Of a DNA stretch of 64,000 nucleotides, positions 28,641-40,400 are shown in pieces (the stretch's first letter is position 1; each line of letters starts with the position of its first letter). Position numbers and translations under genes: made by a program. Origin of the DNA: Schmidtea polychroa (taxonomy: Eukaryota). The stretch spans positions 43,712,001 through 43,776,000 of the forward strand of contig CM097885.1 in assembly GCA_044892525.1 (NCBI GenBank), in the 5' to 3' direction. The notes under the pieces were generated by a model. It was given only the letters and a program-made list of their open reading frames with translations. It searched no databases and had not been told where the DNA came from.

Positions 28641-29970
28641 AAAAATGCAGCATGACCACCAGATACCTTACCTATTTCATATGAAGCATCCCGACGCTGC
28701 AGCAATGTCGATCTGAAACACTATAGTGAAAAAGTATTTTGGTCCCAAGATTTTTTCAGGTAAAAATGAACTAGAGTGCAGAGGGCTACAGTGTTTTTAT
28801 GTCAATCTGACGCATTATAGTGAGGGGTTATTTTGGTGCCAGGATTTTTGTACAGGAATTTAAGTTATGTCAGCGTGAAGGGGTATTTTAGGGGGCATTT
28901 TAGTCCCAAGAATTTTTAGGTCAAAATAAACTAGTGTGCAGAGGCCGAAAGGAGTTTATGTTAATGTGAAGTACTATAGTCAGGAGGTATTTCAGACTAA
29001 ATTTTTTAAGGTCAAAATGAACATATTTTGAAGAATCGACATCTTGTAAACCGACTTTTTCTGATAAATTTTAAAAAGACATATTTAATGACATATTAAT
29101 GCAATAATTTACAAAGATAAATTTTAATGTAACTTTTTATGAAATATTTTTCAAAGCAATATTTTAAACCAAATTTATGTATAAATAATAAATTTTTTTC
29201 AAATTTCACCACTGAATTCTTTTCCATTGACAAAAGTATTTATTAAAAAGATTTTAGGTTAAATTAATTTTTTATAAAAATATCTAACTCTTCAAATTAG
29301 TATATTTTTTACATATTAGATGAAATGTGTCAATTCGCCCGAATTAAAGTGTTTTGAAAAAAAAGATTTCCCGACCTAAATATCATTTTAAAATATTTGG
29401 CGGTTTAAAGTGTTCTAAAATGATGGGAAAGTATTGTCTATTAGTGCAGGGTTCCATGAGTTTGATGAATGGAACCAAACAATCAGAAATGCTATAAATT
29501 ATTTTCATGAGTAATTTCTGCAGTATGTAATTATTGGCTAAAACTAATCATTTAAATAAAAAAGTGTGTCAAGGACCTACAATAACACAGCACAAACAAC
29601 AAGAAGTGACCAAAATAACTATATAGGAAACCAAAAATTTTTAATGTCTACCATGTCGTATCTTTCCAATAACCAAGTAACAAAACTTGACCATTTTATC
29701 CCGATAAGGATTTCACTTAGAAATAAACCTTAGAAAGATTTTATGATATTTTGCCTTCTCAAAAAAGTTTGAAGTTAGGAAATTTCTCTTGCACTTATTC
29801 AAAGAACATCAAATTGATAAAGAATTGCATCAATGTGATTCGACTAATTGAATAGCAATTCTGTGATGAATTTTATGTTTTGCGTCATTTTTATCATTTA
29901 GTACCTGGCTGGAATTCAAAGATTGGAAATGTTTATAATGGGAGTGTAGTAGTCTTTCTAAAACTTGTCT
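28593..29970. repeat. Segment duplicated in inverted orientation at 46674-46754 + 55193-55897 + 57293-57868
   Basis: Near-identical reverse-complement sequence (e.g. GAATTCCAGCCAGGTACTAAATGATAAAAATGACGCA). The distal copy is interrupted by the foldback element and by about 1.4 kb of extra sequence. Confidence 0.92.
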
Positions 29971-32174
29971 TTTCAACATTTGTCAACATTTTACTTTTGC
30001 TACATTTTTTGCGTAAATCAAAATATGTTATTTGCTGTTTATAATTTTAGATTTCTGCCATCAACTAAAATATGATTGGTTGAGAAATTCTACCAATTAT
30101 TTCAAGTATTTCTGCGATATTAAACATTGGTAATGGTAAACATTGTAGAAACAAACACGATGACTTGTACAGATGCATATATTATCCAATCATCAGATCG
30201 AGCATACTCGCTGATCATGATTGGTTATTTACAATTAAACTTGTTGAAATATTTACTAATAAATTTTTTTCATTTTTAATAGTTCGTATTAATAATAATA
30301 TTATTATAACAACTAAATAAAATTAATTTTTTTGAAATATGTATTTATAATAAAGATGTTTAAGTCAAGAAATATTTAGGAGATATAGAAAAATGTATGA
30401 ATAAAAAAATAAAATTTTAAATTGTTAAAAATTAACTAAAAACTAATTGAAAATAAAAAATTAAAAGGCAATATTTTTTTGGGGGGATGGTAAGTGGTAA
30501 CTGATTGCAAATAAGAATCTGAAAACGTATGAAATAATAATTTTTAAAATATGGGGAGGTTCTTAGGAGGATCAAACACAGGAAAATAATTAATTGCTCT
30601 CATTATTTATTCAACAAAACCCATAAATTATTGTAGAATCTTGAACTGAGTAAAAAATTACAAGGGGAAAATAGTCCCAGTATTACATAGGTATCTTGTA
30701 TAATGAGATGACAACTCCCTTTAAAAATATGACGAATTGGGAGAAATATCTATAAAAGTAACTTTAGAAACTTAAAATTGCCAATGAAATAACTAAATGG
30801 AAATAAGTTACTGATTGAGTGAAAGAGTTTGAATCAACGAAACGTTGCCAAATGAAACAAAAGCAGACTGTATATTTTGATTGGGATGATATTCATTGGG
30901 TGTCTACCCTATACTTGTAAGTTGCTATTGATCTATCAGAGTGTATTAAGTTTTTGATTGAATAAAAGTCATTTTGTTGGAAATCAATTAGTGATTTTGA
31001 ATGAGCACAAGGAGCCAGATTGAGACCGAATTCCTATAAGTATTTTTTTAATATCCCAACATCTTTTTAATGACAAAGAACAAAATCATAATGAATATTC
31101 CAAAGACAGTTATGAGCAAACTCGTACCTAAATGAGTATAAAGATCAAGTATACTATTTTATAGATGCAAGTATAGTATCTTTAAAGAAACTTTTCACTC
31201 TTTTCTTCTTCTGAGTTTTTGAGTTGATCTTTGCAGGATATGTTCCATACTGCAGATATAATTTTTCTTGTCTCCTGTGTGAATATGAGTAAATTGTCTT
31301 TTTCTCTTTTGATCGGGCAACAGCTTTTCACTTCTGTATATTGCGACTTTTTTATCAATAATCATTGACAGACCTTTAAAAGATTTGAAAAAATACATAC
31401 CTGCACTCGCGTAGTGAGCGGGACAGATGGGGCGAACCGCCCCAGGCGGCACTAGGCCTAGAGGCGGTATTTTCAGTTAAAAAAAATCAAATTATTTTAA
31501 ATTAACAATTCACAAAGTGACACCAACCGTCAACTGTGACTAATACTACGAATAGTACTAAACTGTTTATTATGTGTGTATTTATTATATTAAAAATCAA
31601 AATTTTGTTTGAATATCGAGACTTTCTTCAAAAGTAGTTATTTAAAAATCATTTTGATTATGCAGAATTTAAAGGGAAAATAAATTGTTACCTGAGAATT
31701 ATTTTGAAATATATCATATTTTGAATTTGTTGTTAATTTTACCTCTTTTATTTATAATAGATTAAAAACTTTGATTTCACGTAGGCCAATAAATTCATTT
31801 TTAGAATATCACTACAAATAACTAGTCCATCTTTACATAATTTAGTCTGATTTTGTTGAATTTCGTAGATTTTTCGTAGATTTTTTCGTCCCGAAAATTA
31901 AAGCGGTAAAGATAAGACCATTGCAGCTGATACATAAAAAATAAAATTATAAAAATAAAATAAAAACAACTGATTAAAATATATATACAGTAATCAAAGT
32001 CAAAATCAAAATAATCAAAGATTGTTAAACAAAATCAACATCGAAATCAGATTAACCAAATGTTGTTCATAATGTCTGTCAATTTGAATATCTGGATTGG
32101 ATTGAGTTGTCGAAGGTGTTGGGATTGAGGACGTATAGCAAATTGCTAGGTCCATTGAACACATAGCCGAATTG

Positions 32175-34337
32175 CTAGTATTTTCTCCTTTTCATGACCT
32201 TGGCACTTTCGTTACGGATCCTTTGTTCTACAATGTCAGGTCTGTAACTGACCACCAAAGTCTCCTGTGTACTTACCTCTTTGTACACAATTGAGGAGAT
32301 GATATATGAGCCCTCATTAGCCTCCAATACTCCGTAATCGGGGAAATTGGATACGGCTACTTCATGGATTGGGCCTCCGTCGTATTCCTTGATACGCGGT
32401 TTCCATTTGCTGTTGGGTCTCTGCCACCAACTAGGATCTTCTCTGTCGAGATCTTCCCGTATTTTGATTGAGTTGCCCCTTCCGACGAACTCGCCTTCCT
32501 CTACGACGATCGGTTCTCCTGCAATCGTGGGTTCACTCTTTGTTGCCAATATCTTGGTCAACGCAGGATCTGGTGGCTGATAGTGGGTCTCTAAGAGATC
32601 GTCATCCTCATCCTGGATGGATATCCTAGGCATTTTCTTTTTCGTACTCTTAGGAATCTCCTTTTTCCTTTTTGTAGAGCAAGGGACATTTTTCTCCTTG
32701 TCCTCTTCCTGGGGGGGTTTCTCCGTTGTTTTCTTTTTAAACTTCAAGTCTTGTAGCTTAAGTAATGGTGCTACAGCTTGCGGTAGTGTTCCTCCTTCGG
32801 CTCCGTGTTTGGGTTCACCCAACGGGGCCAACGCTTTCAGGATCTTGGTGACCCGTTCAACTAACTTTTCTGCTGGCTGAGGTTTTTCTACTTCCATTTT
32901 AGCCGAATTCACCACTCTACCGTCATTGGTAAGGGTGACTTGGAGGCAGTTATCGTCTGCACTCTCACAAGTGGCATAGTCGTCTTCATCAGCAATTGAA
33001 ATGGCTGGCGGCGACAAGGAATCTTCTTCCACTATTTTCAGCAACTTCGACCTGGGGATATCTTCTTTCGCATAGCTCTCCATAGCTAGAGGTTTCTGCC
33101 TGCTTGAGGTACCGGGTTCCATCTGCTTTATTTGTGAGGACACCACCTCTTTCCGGGTTTCTGGTGAAATGTCATCGACCCAGATGTCTCGTAAATTGTC
33201 GTAGATCTCCTTGATGGTAGTTACATCATTCTCCGTTTGAAGATCCGAGAAGTGATGTGCTTCTTTACCGGTGACTGCCTTTGCCAAATATGCCAAACGG
33301 TAATACCCGTTGCATTTCTTTAGGTCCCTACTTTCGAGACATTTAGCTGCGCCTAACTCACGGATTCGGAGTGCGCGCTGCAATGGGAATCTGATTACTT
33401 CTAATAGGTCCTTTACTAGCAATCCCACGATGATTTTGCCATCGCAGATTTTCCTAATTCTTTCGGCACAGTCCTCTCCGTCGAACTGTCCTGTTATTTC
33501 TCTCTCGGTCATACCATGCGCATGCGATTGGTAATGTTTGACCTGGGCTCTGGGGGTAACTCTCGTGTTGAGTATCAGATCGCCATTGAAATGTGAGATT
33601 GAGATGGCCACAATTGCCGGTTTCAAAAATTGTCGTAATGTAGCGTAGTGAGCTGCTACGAAAATGGTGAGGTTATCCTCTTGTCTAGAGTCCAAACGCT
33701 GTCTAACAAAAGACTTAAATGTTTTAATGTCATTATCGTTGACATTATATGTCCAGTTTGGGTCATTAACCCATCTCGTTTGTGTTTCTCTGTGAGGTTC
33801 CAGAATTTCCATTGCTATGATGGTATCTATTCCTTCACATAACAGTGAGATGTTCTTTTCCCTTCCATCCCCGTTTTCTATTTCGAGGGTTGTGTGCTTT
33901 TGCAGCAAAATAGGGTTTGTGGCGCCAGGAACATAAACCGTAAATGGTTTGTTAATGGCGTGTATCCACAGATGGTTGGTCAGACTATGTCTGCCAAACT
34001 CAGGCATGACCTCGGTAAGCCAAATACTACCGTTATACTTGCCCGGGAATCTTGAAATAATCATTTGACGCTTTGGGGCCTCGTCAAATTTGAAGTTATT
34101 GGGTATGCCTGAACAATGTCCGTAAAACCAGTGCCTTTGGCCTTTTCTACTTTGCTCCATAACCTGCTTCTCCAGGTTTTTATAAATGAGTTTTTCCTTT
34201 AGCAAGGTTGTAGCACGTATAATGCTATGCCTTCCTTGGTATTGGGATATTGGGTGGCTCTGCATTCCTGAAATAAAAATCATTAACCATAATATCAGAT
34301 ATACTGATATGCCATAATAGGCTAAAAAGATATGCAT
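32175..34337 (-). CDS. Accessory ORF (720 aa): hydrophobic N-terminus, degenerate DEDDh (REXO4/ISG20-like) exonuclease domain, charged disordered tail
   Basis: Intact long ORF directly downstream of the polyprotein with similar composition. IVAISISHFNGDLILNTRVTP..VKHYQSHAHGMTEREI...IRKICDGKIIVG parallels the REX4 family. Confidence 0.8.
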   Translation of the reverse strand: MHIFLAYYGISVYLILWLMIFISGMQSHPISQYQGRHSIIRATTLLKEKLIYKNLEKQVMEQSRKGQRHWFYGHCSGIPNNFKFDEAPKRQMIISRFPGKYNGSIWLTEVMPEFGRHSLTNHLWIHAINKPFTVYVPGATNPILLQKHTTLEIENGDGREKNISLLCEGIDTIIAMEILEPHRETQTRWVNDPNWTYNVNDNDIKTFKSFVRQRLDSRQEDNLTIFVAAHYATLRQFLKPAIVAISISHFNGDLILNTRVTPRAQVKHYQSHAHGMTEREITGQFDGEDCAERIRKICDGKIIVGLLVKDLLEVIRFPLQRALRIRELGAAKCLESRDLKKCNGYYRLAYLAKAVTGKEAHHFSDLQTENDVTTIKEIYDNLRDIWVDDISPETRKEVVSSQIKQMEPGTSSRQKPLAMESYAKEDIPRSKLLKIVEEDSLSPPAISIADEDDYATCESADDNCLQVTLTNDGRVVNSAKMEVEKPQPAEKLVERVTKILKALAPLGEPKHGAEGGTLPQAVAPLLKLQDLKFKKKTTEKPPQEEDKEKNVPCSTKRKKEIPKSTKKKMPRISIQDEDDDLLETHYQPPDPALTKILATKSEPTIAGEPIVVEEGEFVGRGNSIKIREDLDREDPSWWQRPNSKWKPRIKEYDGGPIHEVAVSNFPDYGVLEANEGSYIISSIVYKEVSTQETLVVSYRPDIVEQRIRNESAKVMKRRKY

Positions 34338-34463
34338 GAGTCTTATTATAAAAGATCTACATATGCTGAATTTTAATGCTACCTGGAGCTCTACGTAAAT
34401 ATAGATTTTAAGATATATATAAATATTTATATATGATTTTTCCTTCGGGGGAGTCTGTAATTG

Positions 34464-37400
34464 TCATAATTGCGACATCAGTACTCCATCGTAAGCCCTT
34501 ATGGCTTGTCTAAAATATAGCTTGGTCCAAATACCCATAGCTATCAGTGTAGTTACTAGCGATAGTACGGCCGATACCGCAATCCATACCCCTATGGGTA
34601 TTTTCAGGATATATCCTGCATTAAAGTTTGTGATGGCATTACAATCACAACAGTTTGTCATGTTTGGGGTCGTTGGACAAGATATTTGTTTGATCGGTGG
34701 TAACTGTCTAAGATGTTGCCACATCACGGGATGTATCACCATGTTCTCCCTGACTACTTTTGGGGGTATTTTCGTTATTACTGGCTGTTTCAAAGGTAAT
34801 ATCTCCTCGAATACCTGGAACCACCTATCGTCCTGTCGTTTCCTCGGACTATAGTATATAACTAGAACCGAATATTCTACGGACTGATTAAGATACATTT
34901 CTTGGGAGTGAGAGTTCTGGTCTAACCATAGTGTTTCTCTCGTGGTTGATCCGTCTAGAATGCTGATTTTCACCTTCTCCTCCCTGTTAATTTGCTGACT
35001 AAACTTTACTTTATCCCTTTCGTAGGATATCGATATGCGATTTGTAAAATCTGCCGTCCGTAGTATCCAATTTGATACGTGATAGGTATACCAACCGCTC
35101 TGATATAACCGTGACGCTGCGATATGCAGTTTATAATCCGTCTCTGCTTTTAAATCATATAATTCCCACTCTTTGTCTTCTGAATTGAGTTGGCGGATCC
35201 GCAAGTACTTGTTGTAGAAGTGTAAATTGAATTTTGTAGCGTTATCGCACGTGGTGAGTATGCTAATTCCGTGATACGTTCTTATAAAATGGAAGTGTTC
35301 CACTTGCATAGCCATAGGCTGAAAATATGCCTTTCTATCCCTTTTTGCCATTGCCAAAGTCATCATATAGCTTATTATCAGCAAAAAGGTTACTGATTTT
35401 GGAACACCCCTTGATCTCAATGGGTACCGGTGTTCTTGTGGTTCTTCGGTAGTGTTTGGTTTCACTGGTTTCTCTGGTGCTTTTACTTTTGGATTTCCCG
35501 AGGTTCCTTTTGTTGAGATTTCGCACTTTTTACACCGATTAGCATGCACCATTATTGGTTCTGCTTTTCTGTTGGCTACAAGTTGTAATATGAGATTTGT
35601 ATCTGTGGTTCTCAATACCTCATATGGCCCTTTGAAATTTCGCATGAGTTTTGGTGATAAGCCTTTCTTGTTATAATGACTTTCCAACATCACCTGGTCT
35701 CCAACCAATATGCCATGATCCTTGGCTTTTCGGTCATGATAATCTTTGGATGCCTCCTGATTATATTTTATGCTGAGGCCTGCTCTAGCCCATGCTTCCT
35801 GCATTCTTTCCCTCATTTCCATCAGATAATTTTCCTGATCCAAGTACTGTGTGGCCTTCGGAAAAAACAACAGATCTACTGGCATTTTACTTTGTCTCAG
35901 ATACATTAGGTGAAATGGTGTTTCACCTGTTCCTTCGTGTACTGCATTCCTATATGCAAATAAACAGGATGGAATGTGGATGTCCCAATCCGTTTGCCTT
36001 GAATTTATATATGATGCTAACATATTAGCTAATGTTCCATTAAATCGTTCTACTAGCCCATCCGTCTGTGGGTGATATGGGGAAGTGTTCAACTTTAGAA
36101 CTCCGAAATAATCATTTATTCCTTTGAGCAAATTACTCATGAAATCTGCTCCCCGATCCGTTAATAGCTTTGTAGGTACTCCATACCTAAAGACAATTTG
36201 TTCAACGAAAATTCTAGCTATTGTATCAGCTTTGTGATTAGGCATCGGGTAGGCCTCTGGCCACTTAGTCAAGTAGTCGCAGAAAACTAATATGTACTTG
36301 TTTCCGCTATCAGATTCTTTGAATGGCCCCAACACGTCCATTGCCGTCATTTCCATAGGTGTAGATGGTACTGGCATCCGCTTCATTGGTACGTGTGGTT
36401 TCTTTCCGGTATTTCTTCTGGTGATACAGATCTTACATGTCTGACACCAGGTTTTAACGTCTTGTTTTATGCCGGGCCAAAAATATTTTTGTTTTAACCT
36501 TGACAATGTTTTTCTGGATGACAGGTGGCCTCCTAAGGCTCCATCGTGATGCTGCAACATGAGTGCTTCACGGTATTTCTTAGGGACCATTATAACATTG
36601 TCTCTTACATCTGAATATTTGACTAATCCTTCCTCTAGCACAAACTTGTCCTTATTCTTTTCCCAGTATTTGGTGAATTCTGTGGGCACGTATTTCGCTT
36701 CCAAGGCTTGACGGATAATATTGATTTCTTCGTCAGATTTTTGTGCCTCCATTAAATCAGCTAGCCGATTGGCTTCTCGAGTTAGTGTGAAGATAGTCCC
36801 TTCGAGACGTCCTTCCTTCACATCTTCTGCTTCCTCCTCCTGGTCCATTCTTGATAAAGCGTCTGCATTTCCATTATGATCTCCTTTTCTATAATGGATT
36901 TCTATGTCATATGGCTGTAAAATTAGCGCCCATCTGACTAGTTTTGATGTATCCATTGTGTGTTTCGTCAGCCACTGTAATGGTCTATGATCGGTGTACA
37001 CTATGATCTTTCGACCCCATAGATAGGTCCTAAACTGGGTTATAGCATATACAATTGCTAAAGCCTCTAGTTCTATCACTGCGTAGTTTCTCTCGTGTGG
37101 TTTTAACCCTCTGCTAGCGTATGCAATTGCATACTTGTCTCCTAGGTCATCTCTTTGACCTAGCACAGCACCTATGCCCCGAGTGCTGGCATCTGTCATA
37201 ACCAAAAATTGTCTCTCAAAATCTGGAAATCGCAATATAGGTGGCTTGACGAGATTTTCCTTGAGCATATCAAATGCTTCCTGCTGTTCTGTTCCCCACA
37301 CAAATTTGACGTTTTTGCCTTCTAACTGCGTGAGTGGAAAAGCTATAACCGAGAAGTTTCTAATGAACTTTCTATAGTATCCGACTAGGCCTAAAAACCC

Positions 37401-40400
37401 TTTGATATGCTTAACGGTTTTTGGCTCCGGAAAATTCTTAACCTTTTCAACATTAGCTGAATCGGGTTTAACCCCGTCTCGTGATATAATATGGCCAACA
37501 TATACCACTTCTGGTTCGGCCCATTTACATTTGGTTGGTTTCACTTTCATGTTAGCATTGATCAACCTCTTGAACACATCTTCTAAATGTTCCAAGTGTT
37601 TTTCCAAATCTGGCGAGAATACTATGACGTCGTCAATGTATACCATCGCATGGTGTACATCCATGAGCATCAAATTCATTGCTCTTTGAAATGTGGCTGG
37701 AGCTCCTGTGAGTCTAAATGGCATTACGTTATATTCGTAATGACCCATACTCGTAGAGAACGCTGTTATTGGTATAGTCTCATCTTTTAACTTAATTTGA
37801 TAAAATCCCTTTTGGGCGTCCATTACTGAGAAGAACCTAGCGTTTCTCATGCGTCCATAGATATAATCTAACAATGGCAATGGATGGCTATCTTTGCATG
37901 TTGCTTCGTTAACCATGCGATAGTCGTTATATAATCGTACTGATCCATCCTTCTTGGCCACCACTATCATTGGCGATTGATATGGTGATTTACTATGTCT
38001 GATTATGCCATGTTTTAACATCAATTTCACCTGTTTATCTACTGATTCCTCCAGACTGAAAGGAATACGGTATGGTCTCAATTTTATAGGTTTTGTATTG
38101 GTGAGAACAATCTCATGTTCTAACAGGTTTGTTTTTCCCAGATCGTATTCATGTTTCGCGAATACCTGGTCGTATTTCCTCAACAGCATATTTACTTGAA
38201 TATTTTCCTTTCTAGTTAGCACTTTGCTGTTTGCTGTAGGTGCATCATAGTACCCAATGTCTGGATCTCTTTCTTCTGCCTTTACGGTGAGTATCGACCC
38301 TTCTCCCGTGGCTTGTGGCTCGTTTTGTTTCCAGATTCTACCCACTCTGGTATCTGGATATAAGTAAAGTGGTTTAATGTCCAGATTGGCTACCCTGATT
38401 GGTATTCTGCCATTGACTATTAAACCTACGCTATGCGTAACTGGTATATTGTATTTCTCCGAAAATCTTTCGTCTGGTTCAAATACAACTTCACCTTCCC
38501 AATTATTGCTTGTAGCTACAAAGCATACTGTTTCTGCTCTGGGTGGTATGATAGTTGTATGATCTATATAAGCTGTATCATCGTTGTAAATTTTTCTCTT
38601 TTTACCTCGAGCTCGGATTAACAATCCAGATGCACAGTCGAATACTACTCCTCGTAGTCTTTTTAGGATGTCCATACCTAATAGACATTCGGCTGGGAGA
38701 CTTCTCATCACTATGATGTCGTGATGGAGCTCCTGGTCACATAGCTTAATCTGGCATGATAATGACCCTATTACGTTTAATGAGGATCCGTTTGCCCCAG
38801 TTAATTTTACTCCTGCCGGTTTTAGCGACTGCAGTTCATGATGGTTTAACAATTTAGCTTCAATTATGGTACTGTCTGCTCCTGAGTCTATCACCGCATT
38901 AACTGTATGTCGGTTCACTCTTATTTTTATCATTGGCTTTTTATCCAAGTTCACTGGATTATTGACCATCAAGATAGTATCGTGCGATATACCGATTGTA
39001 TTGGCTCTCGTTTGTTCTGCTTCCAGTAATTCAGGATCACTCAGTTGAGGATTATACTCTTTAAATTTAGCTTTAATTGATTCTAACGCTTCCTTTGGAT
39101 AGTGCACTTTAGGTAATTCTGGTAATGTTGAGCATGTCAAATTATTAAATATGGTATCTTCACCAATTTTCCATTGGTGTCGTCCTGTTCTGAGTGTTGT
39201 TTCCCTTGACTGTTCCCGCCCTTCGTTTGGTGCGGATGGTAAACTCCTCAAAGTTGGCAATTGTACATATCTTGGACTTTTCTTGAATCTGGGTGACCTT
39301 ATGTCGAATTTTTGGTCGGAACTGTCATATTCTCCTTCTGAGGACTGTTTTCTCACGTAGATTTCCTTTGATTGGTCATATGGAGGAAGATATTCCTTAA
39401 ATCTCGATTTTCTTTGTTTCTGATTCGGTTTTTTGTTGTAGTTCTGTTTTCGTGATTGATTTGATCTTGAAGATGTTTCACGAGAGCCTCCATTACCTCC
39501 TCCCTTTGAATTGTTATCGTCCCGATAACTGGAATACTCCTCCATTTCAGTTCCAATTACTTCATGTTTGACCAAATGTTTCTGTCTAATTTCTTTAATT
39601 TCTTTTCTGTGATGTTTGAATAATGCAAACTCCGCACACATAGGACATAGTCCTAATAGCAGTTTCCATGACCATCCTCCAATTTTGAATATGCTATAAG
39701 TTGACATCAGTTGTGTAATTATCAGCTTTAAAATTACAAATATTGCGTAAATTCCTGAACATCCCGAGACGAAAATACCAAAATTGGTAAATCGTCCCCA
39801 TATTTTCATCATTACGTTCTTTGCTGCTTCTTTATAGTGTTCCGGTCCAAATAATAGATTGTAATCTGGTCGTATTAAGCAATCATGATAAATTGTTCTT
39901 ATAATTTCCGTGATACCTCTGTCTCTGATTTGTGGGAATAGCAATGTCCTTCTTGCCTCCTCGATATCGTCGGGAGTATAAATCCCTCCTTTTGCTAATT
40001 CATCTAATGACCTGAATTGCAGATTATCCTTTAATTTAGTTACCTCCAAGGTTTCTACCCGTTGTGTAGATGGTTTTCTTTCCGGCAGAGATATCCACAT
40101 ATCATTTATTTTATATAATGGTGATATTGCCGGGTTACATATAGCTGGTTGAGGTTTAGCGTTTTCCTCAAGTAATTTTCTGGTTACTGGCATAACAAAT
40201 CTTAATTTTCCTTGGTAAGATACTGGCAGTTCTAGAGTGCATTGATTAAATCTGGCTAATTGTACTTCAACTGGTTTACACTCATAGCTATATATAGCTT
40301 CTCCCATGATTCTACCAAACATTCCATCTTCCAATAGCATTGGAGTAACCAACTCTGGGTTAACGATAGATATTGCTAGTCTATTTCGGACTATTTCACG

